Of a stretch of DNA of 64,000 nt, positions 10,320 to 20,155 are shown one piece after another. The stretch's first letter is position 1. Each line of letters starts with the position of its first letter. Origin of the DNA: an uncultured Lachnospiraceae bacterium. Lineage in GTDB: Bacteria > Bacillota > Clostridia > Lachnospirales > Lachnospiraceae. A model generated the notes under the pieces. It was given only the letters and a program-made list of their open reading frames with translations, ran no database searches and had not been told where the DNA came from. The DNA lies in contig CAJTXH010000001.1 of NCBI GenBank assembly GCA_910580005.1, positions 11,539 to 75,538 on the forward strand, read 5' to 3'. The position numbers and the translations under genes were made by a program.

Positions 10320-11336
10320 TTAGTTAAAACCATAAATCCTGTTGAAAAAATTGTATCCCCATACAATTATTTTTCTGCCTGATTTACTTGAGAATTGCAT
10401 AGGATAACCTAATTTCCTTCTTGTAATATTTTTATACACAGCTTTATTTTTTTCTTTTAAATATTTCCAAAGGTTTTCCCTCTTTTTTAAGTTTTTAGGA
10501 GAACCTTCATTTACTAAGAGTGCAGAACTGACTATCATCATCATTGCAAGATATTTTATCATATAATTGCGTAACTTTTTGTTTTTTATCTGCATAGGGT
10601 TTAAAGAGTCAATCATAATTTTTGTAACTTTTATCTGCTGGTCAATACGCTTTGTCATGACAGCTTCATTAACAGACTGGTCACTTCTGCCTATATAGTA
10701 GCGGTACAGGTCAGTATCAAGATAGTACATACATTTGACATATGGCAGTGGTTTATATGCATATATATTATCCACATAAAATGTATGCTCTGGCAGTTTT
10801 AAATTACATTCACGCAGCATTTTTGTCCTGTAAATTATTGAATGCATAATAAGGTTCTGGCTCATACGGAAGTGCTTGACATCATTCCAGGTTATAAATT
10901 CACCTTTAGGTATAGCCCTGTTATAAGATATAGTTTTTTGTTTATTGATGCTTGGTTTTTCATATACATAATTACATATAAGCATATCAAGTGATTTAGA
11001 GTCTGTTACAGCTTTACGGAGTAAATCCATAACTTTCGCAAGGCTGTCTTTGTCAAACCAGTCATCACTGTCAAGTACCTTAAAATACAAACCTGTAGCT
11101 TTTGCAATACCCATATTTACAGCAGAACCATGTCCGCCATTTTCTTTATTAATTGCATGTACTATACCAGGATAACGTCTACTGTATTCAGCAGCAATTT
11201 CTGGTGTATCATCAGAAGAGCCATCATTAATAATTAGTATTTCTATATCATCTCCTCCTGCAAGTGCTGATTCAATGGCTTTTCTCATATATCTAGCAGA
11301 ATTGTAACATGGTATAGTTACGCTTAAAAGTTTCAT
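10320..11336 (-). CDS. Glycosyltransferase family 2
   Basis: IPCYN, INDGSSD, NGGHGSAVN and LDSDD motifs. Confidence 0.9.
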   Translation of the reverse strand: MKLLSVTIPCYNSARYMRKAIESALAGGDDIEILIINDGSSDDTPEIAAEYSRRYPGIVHAINKENGGHGSAVNMGIAKATGLYFKVLDSDDWFDKDSLAKVMDLLRKAVTDSKSLDMLICNYVYEKPSINKQKTISYNRAIPKGEFITWNDVKHFRMSQNLIMHSIIYRTKMLRECNLKLPEHTFYVDNIYAYKPLPYVKCMYYLDTDLYRYYIGRSDQSVNEAVMTKRIDQQIKVTKIMIDSLNPMQIKNKKLRNYMIKYLAMMMIVSSALLVNEGSPKNLKKRENLWKYLKEKNKAVYKNITRRKLGYPMQFSSKSGRKIIVWGYNFFNRIYGFN

Positions 11337-11532
11337 ATTTACCTCCATATAAATTATTTCTTTAAAAATAACACGGCTAAATTTACTACTACAATTACTT
11401 ACTATTATAATATGAAATTGTGCCGGTTTAAAGGGAATAATTATTAATTATTTATTATGTATATATATTTTTTGATAATTATTGTGGAAAATATTCATAA
11501 ATGTTAAAATAAAATTAAAAGGAGGCAGGACA

Positions 11533-11946
11533 ATGGATAATAATTATAGTGAAATAATAAAAATGGCACTTAATTCAAGAAAAAATTCTTATTCGCCATA
11601 TTCTGGATTTAAAGTTGGGGCATGTCTTAAAGATGTATATGGAAACTTATATACAGGATGTAATATTGAAAATGCTGCGTTTTCTCCTTCAAACTGTGCT
11701 GAAAGGACAGCATTTTTTAAAGCAGTAAGTGAAGGTATAAAAGAGTTTGAATGTATAGCTATAGCTGGCGGTGCTTATGAAGTAAAAGATTATTGTCCTC
11801 CATGCGGTGTATGCAGGCAGGTAATGATAGAATTTTGTAATCCGGAAACTTTTAAAATAATTCTTGTTAAAACGGAGAACAAGTATAGAGAAATGTTGCT
11901 TAAAGATTTACTTCCTGAAAGTTTTGGCAGGTTAAACATTGAATAA
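11533..11946 (+). CDS. cdd: Cytidine deaminase
   Basis: YSPYSGFKVGA, NIEN, CAERTA and PCGVCRQ motifs; GGAGG SD. Confidence 0.95.
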   Translation: MDNNYSEIIKMALNSRKNSYSPYSGFKVGACLKDVYGNLYTGCNIENAAFSPSNCAERTAFFKAVSEGIKEFECIAIAGGAYEVKDYCPPCGVCRQVMIEFCNPETFKIILVKTENKYREMLLKDLLPESFGRLNIE

Positions 11947-11966
11947 ATTATAGAGAGGTAGTTTTT

Positions 11967-13289
11967 ATGGTAATGTATAATATAATTGATAAAAAGAAAA
12001 AAGGAGGGGAGCTTACAAGGAAAGAAATAGAATATTTTATTAATGGATATGTAAATGGTGATATTCCTGATTACCAGTTGTCAGCTCTTCTTATGGCAAT
12101 ATATTATAAAGGTATGTCAGATGCTGAACTTTTAAATCTTACTGATATTATGGCAAAATCTGGTGATATGGCGGATCTGTCTGGAATTGGTGGAATAAAA
12201 GTTGATAAGCATAGTACAGGCGGCGTAGGTGATAAAACTACGATTGCTGTTGCGCCAATTGTTGCCGCCTGCGGAGGAAAAGTTGCAAAAATGAGTGGCA
12301 GAGGACTTGGTTTTACAGGAGGTACTATTGATAAACTTGAGTCAATACCAGGATTTAAAACTTCTATAACAAAAGAAGAATTTTTTGATATAGTTAATAA
12401 TATAGGACTGTCAGTTATAGGACAGTCAGATAAAATAGCTCCGGCCGATAAAAAACTTTATGCATTAAGGGACGTTACTGCAACTGTTGACAGTATTCCA
12501 TTAATAGCTGCTTCAATAATGAGTAAGAAACTTGCGGCAGGGAGTGATAAAATTGTACTTGATGTAACAACTGGTTCAGGTGCATTTATGAAAAATATAG
12601 AAGATGCAGTTACTTTAGCCCAGAAAATGGTTGCAATAGGAGAAGGAGCAGGAAAGAATACAGTGGCATATATTACAAATATGGATGTTCCTCTTGGTGT
12701 TGCTACTGGAAACAATATTGAAGTAATAGAAGCAATAGAAACACTTAATGGCAACGGGCCAGAAGATTTTACAGAAATATGCAGGAATTTTTCTGCTGCT
12801 ATGCTTAACCTTGCAAGAAAAGGAAGCATAGAGGAGTGTATATTAATGGCAGACCAGGCAATAAAGGATAAATCTGCACTTGATAAACTAGCTGGAATGG
12901 TCAGGATGCAAGGTGGGGACGACAGTTATATTTATAATACATCTTTATTTGAAAAGGCTCAATATTCATATAAGTGGGTAGCTGGTTCAGATATGTATAT
13001 AACACAAATGGATACAGAACAATGTGGAAAAACAGCAGTCCTGCTTGGGGCAGGAAGGGAAGTAAAGGACAGTGAAATTGATTTTACAGCAGGTATTAAA
13101 TTTTATAAAAAAACAGGTGACTATGTTAAAACAGGTGATATAATAGCTGAATTATATTCTTCCAGTAAAGAAAAGCTGGATACAGCATCCAGGTATATTA
13201 AAAATGCTTACAAGACAGGCAGCAGTAAACCAGAAAAACAAAAAACTATAATAGCATATATTACAAGAGATAGTATTATAAGATATTAA
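11967..13289 (+). CDS. pdp: Pyrimidine-nucleoside phosphorylase
   Basis: DKHSTGGVGDK, KMSGRGLG, RDVTATV and SIMSKK motifs. Confidence 0.95.
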   Translation: MVMYNIIDKKKKGGELTRKEIEYFINGYVNGDIPDYQLSALLMAIYYKGMSDAELLNLTDIMAKSGDMADLSGIGGIKVDKHSTGGVGDKTTIAVAPIVAACGGKVAKMSGRGLGFTGGTIDKLESIPGFKTSITKEEFFDIVNNIGLSVIGQSDKIAPADKKLYALRDVTATVDSIPLIAASIMSKKLAAGSDKIVLDVTTGSGAFMKNIEDAVTLAQKMVAIGEGAGKNTVAYITNMDVPLGVATGNNIEVIEAIETLNGNGPEDFTEICRNFSAAMLNLARKGSIEECILMADQAIKDKSALDKLAGMVRMQGGDDSYIYNTSLFEKAQYSYKWVAGSDMYITQMDTEQCGKTAVLLGAGREVKDSEIDFTAGIKFYKKTGDYVKTGDIIAELYSSSKEKLDTASRYIKNAYKTGSSKPEKQKTIIAYITRDSIIRY

Positions 13290-14764
13290 TAAAAAATTTT
13301 ACAGCCAGGGAGACTGGAACTTAAAATTCCAATCTCCTTTTTTGTTATATTTGTATTAGTAAGATTAAGGGTTTTAAGATTATATAATCTGCAAAGTGTA
13401 TTTATATTTTGTAAATTATAATTTCCTGATAAATCCAGGCTGTTAAGAGATGTTAAAGAAGCAACAGGAGATACGTCTGTTATATTATTGTATGACAATA
13501 CAAGAATTTTCAGTCCAGATAACATTTCTAAAGGGGATAAGCCAGTAATCTGGTTATCAGACAGGTATAATTCATCCAGGGAAGTATAATATATCACATT
13601 ATCTAAATTAACAATTTTATTCACATCTGCATATAAAATTGTTAATTTAGAACAGGAAAAACTTGCATTATGTGGATTTGGAAGTGAAAAAACATCTGTT
13701 CCACTAATATCAAGTTCATTAATTTCTGTTATTGCAGCAGTATTATCTATATTGGGAAAAGTGATAACAGGGGGCTGTTTATTATTTTTTGTAAAATAGC
13801 TAAATACAGAAAAAATAAAAATTATACATGTTGCAAATATTAAGACTATATATCCAAAATTTGCCCAAGAATTTTTTTTATGTATTGTGTAAGCATTGTT
13901 ATTTATTAATGAAGTTTTTAAATAATATAATGGATGTTGTACATCTGTAATATATAAATTGTAGTTACAGTTATATATTTTATCATGTATTTCCGAAGAA
14001 GTTAATGCCTGGTTTATTTCACTAAAAGAAGAAAATCTTTCACTGGGATTAACTGAACATCCCTTTAAAATTATATTATATAATTCTTCTGGAATATTAT
14101 TTTTAATATTTCCACCAGGATTATTGCAGCCTGGCGTATAGCCATTATTACAAAGTGTAAATAAAAGACATGAAAAAATATAAATATCTGATAGAATATC
14201 TGGTGTTTTTCCTTTTGTTATTTCAGGAGGAGTATATCCTGGAGTTGTTATTACGGATGTTTTATTACTATTAAGAAATATGGCAGAAGAAAAGTCACCA
14301 AGGCAGTATGAGCCATTATTATTTAAGTAGATATTTGAAGGAGTGCAGTCCATATGGATAATTTTATATGAATGAAGAAGTGTTAAGGCGCAAGAAATAT
14401 CAGAAATTATATTTAATATATCAGAAATCTGTATTCCTTCACAGCTGGTTAATTCTGTTAAATTAACTTGGTATTGGTTTAGTATATAGTAATTATGTTT
14501 ATATTTAATAATTTTTAAGGGGATTTGTATATATGGGCTATTTATTGTCTGGATTTTTTTGTAAATACTTTTATTAAATAATTCTTCATTAATAATTTTT
14601 AATACCATTTTATTGCTGTTATTATCTGTTTCTTTAGAACTGCCATTGTGATTAATAATATATACACTGGAATATCCAGAACTGTTTAAGATATCTGTAA
14701 TGTGCCAGTTTTTTTCTAATTGTGGCGGAAGTGGCGGGTATAAAATATTAAAATCTTTATTCAA
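13286..14764 (-). CDS. Atypical Hanks-type Ser/Thr kinase domain + TM + C-terminal leucine-rich repeats
   Basis: VLK, HMDCTPSN, LGDFS, GYTPPE and SDIY motifs; hydrophobic helix about aa 302-324; LxxLxLSxNxI repeats; TTG start with AAGGAG SD. Confidence 0.85.
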   Translation of the reverse strand: MNKDFNILYPPLPPQLEKNWHITDILNSSGYSSVYIINHNGSSKETDNNSNKMVLKIINEELFNKSIYKKIQTINSPYIQIPLKIIKYKHNYYILNQYQVNLTELTSCEGIQISDILNIISDISCALTLLHSYKIIHMDCTPSNIYLNNNGSYCLGDFSSAIFLNSNKTSVITTPGYTPPEITKGKTPDILSDIYIFSCLLFTLCNNGYTPGCNNPGGNIKNNIPEELYNIILKGCSVNPSERFSSFSEINQALTSSEIHDKIYNCNYNLYITDVQHPLYYLKTSLINNNAYTIHKKNSWANFGYIVLIFATCIIFIFSVFSYFTKNNKQPPVITFPNIDNTAAITEINELDISGTDVFSLPNPHNASFSCSKLTILYADVNKIVNLDNVIYYTSLDELYLSDNQITGLSPLEMLSGLKILVLSYNNITDVSPVASLTSLNSLDLSGNYNLQNINTLCRLYNLKTLNLTNTNITKKEIGILSSSLPGCKIFY

Positions 14765-14818
14765 AATAATTCTCCTTTTATATATTTACTATTTATAACT
14801 AAACTGTTTATATCAACA

Positions 14819-15493
14819 TTAAATAACTTTTACTGGACATGCAGCTTTAACAGTTCCGTTTTTAAGCATTATTAAAATGGTTGTAAATCCTTTTTTTATC
14901 CCTGTTAGTTTATTATTTTTATAAACTGCAATAGAATTATTATTACTTTTATAAAGCAAATTAGCATGTGAAGATTTAACAGGAGTAGTAGTAAATAAAA
15001 TATTTTCAGAACTGCCTGCTTTTATCTTAATAAAGTGTTTCTGAAATTCTATCTTTGTTATATTATTTGTCTTTTGTTTTTTAAGAGTTTTTTTTCTGTA
15101 TGGTTTTTTACTAGTTTTATTATAGGTTTGTATAACCTTATTGATTCTATTTTTGCCAGAGTTTTTATTTCTATTATAATAATGTTTATTTTTTATATTA
15201 TTGTTTGCATTATTGTCCTGGGTATTATTGTTATTTATATTAATATTTAAGCTGTTGTCTTTTTGTATACTATTATTTTTATCTAGGTTGTTATTTTTAT
15301 GTGTATTATTGTTTTTATTATTTTGGATGTTATCTGTACTTTTATTTATCTTATATGTATGGTATGGATTACTTTCTTTATTATCTGATGGTATTGTAAA
15401 AGTATTTCCCGATACATAGCAATAGCTGGCAGCAGTTATTAATGAAATAATAGCATTAAATAGCAAAAATACAAAAATAAATGTTTTTTTCAT
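14819..15493 (-). CDS. Secreted protein with Asn/Lys-rich linker and C-terminal Ig-like (Big_2-type) domain
   Basis: Signal peptide MKKTFIFVFLL...; YKSNNNSIAVYKNNKLTGIKKGFTTI resembles Big_2. Confidence 0.65.
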   Translation of the reverse strand: MKKTFIFVFLLFNAIISLITAASYCYVSGNTFTIPSDNKESNPYHTYKINKSTDNIQNNKNNNTHKNNNLDKNNSIQKDNSLNININNNNTQDNNANNNIKNKHYYNRNKNSGKNRINKVIQTYNKTSKKPYRKKTLKKQKTNNITKIEFQKHFIKIKAGSSENILFTTTPVKSSHANLLYKSNNNSIAVYKNNKLTGIKKGFTTILIMLKNGTVKAACPVKVI

Positions 15494-15688
15494 TTAGTGA
15501 ATATTCCTTTCTGTAAAAATATTTATCGGTGCAGCAGATATATTATTTAATAACTATTGTAACTTTTTATACATAATAATTCTATTGTAAATATTACTAA
15601 AATTAATTGGATTTTATATACATATGTGACATTTAAAACAGCCCAGAAAAGAAATAGCTTCTCTGGACCGCCTGTTATTAATAATATT

Positions 15689-18205
15689 TTAATTAGATAT
15701 ATAACTTACAAATACATATCCTGCATTTTTAAATATTCTGTCAGCATTAATAATTGATGTTGTAGTTTTATGCATTGTATCCGGGTCCATCCATGTTATT
15801 GTTGATGAAGTATAACCAGTTATTAATACAGCATGTGAATTGTCTAACATTCCTATTACTGGTTTTTCTTCGCTTACAAAGTATAATATTTCGTCAAGTG
15901 TGCAGCCTGTAAGGTTTACTGGCTGGTCAAGATACTTTGAAAGCATTGATATTATGGATTTACCTTTTAGTCCATTAATGGATACAGTGTGCTGTGCAGC
16001 CTGCAAAAGCATCTGTGTGCATGCTTTTATGCTGGATGTCTTGTTTTCTGGATATGATATATTGGAAAGTTCTTTTGAAAGAAATTTACCACCACGTTCC
16101 CAGACTATATGGGATTTATTATCCATTACAACACCCATTTGTTCATCTGCGAGCTGTATGGCTGCTGCAGGGTCTGTCATGCTTGCTGTAATACCGCCAT
16201 ATGCATAAATATAGTATTTTTCTATATTATTTCCAGTATTCTTTAAGTGGAGTGTAGTATTTTCAGTAACAAGTACATATTCTGTGGCATCTGTTGATGG
16301 TTTCTTTTCAAGTAAAAATCCAGCAGGAAGTGAAATATATTTTTCTGTTAAGGCTTTATCAGTTACACGGGTTGTTATATTTACTGATGGTTTTTTATTG
16401 CTTCTCTGGTTAATTATATCGTCATTTGGCGCTGGTTTAAACCTTCCATTAACTTTCTTGACTCTTTTAAGCCTTATTACATTATCGTCTACAGTTGCAC
16501 CAGTTACATATATATTTTTGTTTTTATATTCACGGAGTATATTTCCATTACAATCTGATATAACCAGCTTGTATGCAGGTTTTACTATTTCGCCATTTGT
16601 TGCCTCATAAATATCTTTATTTCTTACATATCCATATACTATATTGGAATCTATTGTACCAAGAACTACAATGCTTTGCTTCTTTTTAGATGAAACTAAA
16701 AGTTTCTTTGCAGTGTCAAGGTTTAATATTGTTATATTGCTTGGATATTTTGAATTTGAAGCATCAGACCATACAAAACATTTTGCTTTTTCTAACATTA
16801 CAAAATTATCTTTAGCAGCATTTTCCGTAAGTATTTCATATCTTTTTGAAGCAATATTATAAGCATATACTACATCATTTAGTGAAAAATAAAAAATATT
16901 TTTATTGTTTACATAACAGAAACTTCCAAGGTCTTGTTCAAGCTGTTCATATGTCATTGAAAGAGGTATATATACACGCTCTGTAATTCTGTTATCTTCA
17001 GGATTATAATTATAAAGAATTATTCCAACTCTGCCTTCATAATCCCCACTATTAATATAGCCATAAACGATAAAGCTTATCGTTCCATCGTCGTTTAATT
17101 TAAGTATTTTAATATTGTGCTGGTCATATTTTTCACGTGCCAGATTTTTCTTTTTATTTTCAAATGAAAATACTTTATGAAGTTTGTATTCAGGTAAATT
17201 ATAGTACCATAATGAACCATTTCTTACAAATGCAAATTTTTTGTTTTTGTCACTTGAAGTTATTTCTAAATCTTCTGCATTTGAAATACCAATTTTAATT
17301 TCATTTTTCTTTACTGAAATAAATTTTGGATTAAATAATGCTTCCATTGACCTCTTGAAATTAAGCAGGTACATCCGGCTTCCTGAATATCTTATACGGT
17401 AAAATTCTTTAATAAAGTATGTTTCTGTTCCTGTAGGGGTTTCTGCTTTAACATAATATTTTTGTTCTATTGCCGCAGTTTCTATATTTATTTCTTTTAT
17501 AACTGGTATTACCTCTGTAAGTTTTTTTGGTTTTAATTCACCCCATGTAATAAGGTTATAACTTGAGTTAATTGTTACATTTGCAAATGTTGAATTGTCA
17601 CCTGCATTTGGTTCAAGGTAATTGGTAATATTAAAATCTTTTCCATTATTAAATGTTGCCTCATGGAAACTTTTTACAAAATCAAGTTTTTCTTTTAGGA
17701 AAAAATCGTTTTCATAATATTTAATTCTTGTATAAAAATTTATTTTTTTGCTAAGGTTAGTTGTAAGGGTTATTTGCATACCATATTCTGTACTTGTGTC
17801 TAGTGCTTCCGTAATTTTTAATTTTATAGTTTTATCTTTTTTACCAGAGTTAAAAGCGGTAAGTGTATTAGTTTCAATTATTTTATTATTTAATATATCC
17901 CATAATTCAAAACTTAATTTTTTTATTTTGGTTTCGTTTTCTGTAATTTTTACCTGGAAAGATTTTGAAGTATCTAATGGTGTTATTGATTCTCTTATGT
18001 TTCCGCTGTCTAGTTCACTACTGTATCCATGTATTGTATTGACGGTGTATTTGCCTAATTGTAGTGAAATAATTGGAAATGTTGAATCTTGTAAGCTTGT
18101 TGCAATAGTTTTTCCTGCTGTTGCGTCTGGTATTTCATCTTTAAATACAAATATTGAAAAACTGAATATAAATAGCAGGACTATAAATTTATATATGTGT
18201 TTCAC
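15689..18205 (-). CDS. Large exported or membrane-anchored hypothetical protein (838 aa) with C39/papain-like C-terminal domain
   Basis: Long ORF, GGAGG SD, N-terminal hydrophobic segment; C-terminal PVIG...HAVLITGY...WMDP. Confidence 0.7.
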   Translation of the reverse strand: MKHIYKFIVLLFIFSFSIFVFKDEIPDATAGKTIATSLQDSTFPIISLQLGKYTVNTIHGYSSELDSGNIRESITPLDTSKSFQVKITENETKIKKLSFELWDILNNKIIETNTLTAFNSGKKDKTIKLKITEALDTSTEYGMQITLTTNLSKKINFYTRIKYYENDFFLKEKLDFVKSFHEATFNNGKDFNITNYLEPNAGDNSTFANVTINSSYNLITWGELKPKKLTEVIPVIKEINIETAAIEQKYYVKAETPTGTETYFIKEFYRIRYSGSRMYLLNFKRSMEALFNPKFISVKKNEIKIGISNAEDLEITSSDKNKKFAFVRNGSLWYYNLPEYKLHKVFSFENKKKNLAREKYDQHNIKILKLNDDGTISFIVYGYINSGDYEGRVGIILYNYNPEDNRITERVYIPLSMTYEQLEQDLGSFCYVNNKNIFYFSLNDVVYAYNIASKRYEILTENAAKDNFVMLEKAKCFVWSDASNSKYPSNITILNLDTAKKLLVSSKKKQSIVVLGTIDSNIVYGYVRNKDIYEATNGEIVKPAYKLVISDCNGNILREYKNKNIYVTGATVDDNVIRLKRVKKVNGRFKPAPNDDIINQRSNKKPSVNITTRVTDKALTEKYISLPAGFLLEKKPSTDATEYVLVTENTTLHLKNTGNNIEKYYIYAYGGITASMTDPAAAIQLADEQMGVVMDNKSHIVWERGGKFLSKELSNISYPENKTSSIKACTQMLLQAAQHTVSINGLKGKSIISMLSKYLDQPVNLTGCTLDEILYFVSEEKPVIGMLDNSHAVLITGYTSSTITWMDPDTMHKTTTSIINADRIFKNAGYVFVSYISN

Positions 18206-18371
18206 TTTAATCCTCCATTTTGTTTATATCAATAATATGTATAGTATAATGTTTTTAGAAAAAAAAAACAACAGTTATGGAGAGGAATATTTATAATTTA
18301 TGCACTTTTGCCTGCATCCCGAATATAATAATATAAATTTGCTATATGGTTATCTGGAAAAGAGGTTTGTT

Positions 18372-18743
18372 ATGGAAAATAAAAAATATTTAAAGGGTAA
18401 TATGATGACATTTCCACTGGAATTAACCGAAACAGGTAGAGAGGAAAAGGTACTTAATAATAAATATTTATATCCTTCTGAGATTAAGGAGATACAAATG
18501 GAAATTGAGGAAATCTGTGATAAAATGGAATATGATGGAAGCGTGATGTTTGATGAGTGCCCTGATAAGGTTACTGTTGAAAAGCTGGTAAAAGAAATGT
18601 GTACTAGAAATAATTATGGAAACTGTTGTGCAGATGGTGACAGGAAATGGTTTACTGCTCTGGTACAGGTTATGCTTTGTAATGAAATGGGATACAGGAG
18701 AAACAGAAGAATGTGCCATAAAGACAGGATGTTTTCAAAATAA
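18372..18743 (+). CDS. Hypothetical protein
   Basis: GAGG SD before ATG 18372; CDKMEYDGSVMFDECPD segment looks like a conserved motif; function unknown. Confidence 0.65.
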   Translation: MENKKYLKGNMMTFPLELTETGREEKVLNNKYLYPSEIKEIQMEIEEICDKMEYDGSVMFDECPDKVTVEKLVKEMCTRNNYGNCCADGDRKWFTALVQVMLCNEMGYRRNRRMCHKDRMFSK

Positions 18744-18745
18744 TA

Positions 18746-19189
18746 TCAAAAATCATAATCTATATATGGTATTCCGATATAAATGCGGACTGGTGTATCT
18801 GTAATGGCAATATGGATATTTGAGCCTTGGAAAAGTGGGTTTATACCATAATGTTTATTAAGCAGTGGGCTGTAGAAATAGTAATCATAATAATTTCCTG
18901 TATTACTGGATGAAACCAGATTGATATTTTTATCATATTTTTTTAGACAGGTTATTATACTGTCTGATGCTTCTGCCTGGCTGCTTGTAACTGAAGGCAG
19001 TTTAATTTCTTTAGTAGTCTGGTTAATATTTAATTGCTGCACATTGGCGGTTTCAAAAAATGCATTAACCATCTGGGTGTTGTTATTATTTAAACTATAT
19101 ATAAATTGTATGGCAGCAGTTATCCAGCAAAAAATGCATAAAGATATTCCAAGGCTTTTTTTAAGAATATGTTTTTTATAAAATTCCAT
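18746..19189 (-). CDS. Short YwmB-like membrane-anchored protein
   Basis: N-terminal TM; C-terminal YYFYSP...NIHIAI...IYIGIPYIDYDF resembles the YwmB C-terminus; AGGAGG SD. Confidence 0.55.
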   Translation of the reverse strand: MEFYKKHILKKSLGISLCIFCWITAAIQFIYSLNNNNTQMVNAFFETANVQQLNINQTTKEIKLPSVTSSQAEASDSIITCLKKYDKNINLVSSSNTGNYYDYYFYSPLLNKHYGINPLFQGSNIHIAITDTPVRIYIGIPYIDYDF

Positions 19190-19262
19190 AACTGGCAATC
19201 CTCCTGAAATATATTAGATATATTTAACAGTAATTATTGCCAGTTTTACAGAAATTATGCTT

Positions 19263-20105
19263 TTATTGTTTCAAAAGGCTATTATATACTTCACGCCTGG
19301 ATATCCCCCTGTCAGAGGCAACTTGCTTCATTGCTTCTTTTTTAGCCATGTCTTTTGATAAATAGATATCCATGTGTTCTGGGATGCTAATGTCAAGCCA
19401 TTTATTTTGATGTCTGGCTTCAAGTTCTTGTAGTGTACATCCTTCAATAACCAGAACATACTCACCTTTTGGCTGGTTCTGCTTATAGAATTCTATTGCA
19501 GATGAAATTGTATGTAGCTGGACAGTTTCATGAAGTTTTGTTAGTTCACGGCATATAGTAATTTTACGGTCTGAAAGCACACTATAAAGTTCGCTAAGTG
19601 TATTTTTTAAGTGGTGTGGTGCTTCATAAATTATTATTGTGCGTGTTTCTTCTTTAAGAGAATTTATTATTGTTTTGCGCTCTTTTTTGTCATGTGGAAG
19701 AAATGCTTCAAATGCAAAACGCCTTGTTGCTAATCCTGATAAAGTAAGTGCTGTTATGCAGGCACATGCACCTGGAAGTGATGTGACTTGTATTCCTGCC
19801 TGGTATGCCTTTTTGACTATTTCTTCTCCCGGGTCGGAAATTCCAGGTGTACCTGCATCTGTTACAAGGGCGATGTCTGAACCATCCAGAAGTTTATTTA
19901 CAAGATACTGTGCTTTGTCATATTTATTATATTCGTGGTAGCTTGTCATAGGTGTTTTTATATTAAAGTGGTTTAGTAATTTTATAGTATTTCTTGTATC
20001 TTCTGCTGCAATAATATCTGCCTCTCTTAGTATGCGGAGTACACGGAGAGTTATATCTTCAAGGTTTCCGATAGGTGTAGCACATAAATATAGTATACCT
20101 GGCAT
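19263..20105 (-). CDS. rsmI: 16S rRNA C1402 2'-O-methyltransferase
   Basis: ATPIGNLEDIT, AEDTR, DAGTPGISDPG and RELTKLHE motifs. Confidence 0.96.
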   Translation of the reverse strand: MPGILYLCATPIGNLEDITLRVLRILREADIIAAEDTRNTIKLLNHFNIKTPMTSYHEYNKYDKAQYLVNKLLDGSDIALVTDAGTPGISDPGEEIVKKAYQAGIQVTSLPGACACITALTLSGLATRRFAFEAFLPHDKKERKTIINSLKEETRTIIIYEAPHHLKNTLSELYSVLSDRKITICRELTKLHETVQLHTISSAIEFYKQNQPKGEYVLVIEGCTLQELEARHQNKWLDISIPEHMDIYLSKDMAKKEAMKQVASDRGISRREVYNSLLKQ

Positions 20106-20155
20106 AATTAACCATACCTTTCTGCTTAATGGGAAAAAGACGTTTTAAAATTATA

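Noticed and set aside
10768..10776. Perfect DnaA box TTATCCACA
   Set aside because: Single copy inside the GT2 coding sequence (YVDN codons) with no cluster; oriC is expected left of rpmH, outside the window.
15035..15419. Hydrophobic + strand ORFs that look like membrane peptides
   Set aside because: They are antisense shadows of the Asn/Lys-rich linker codons.
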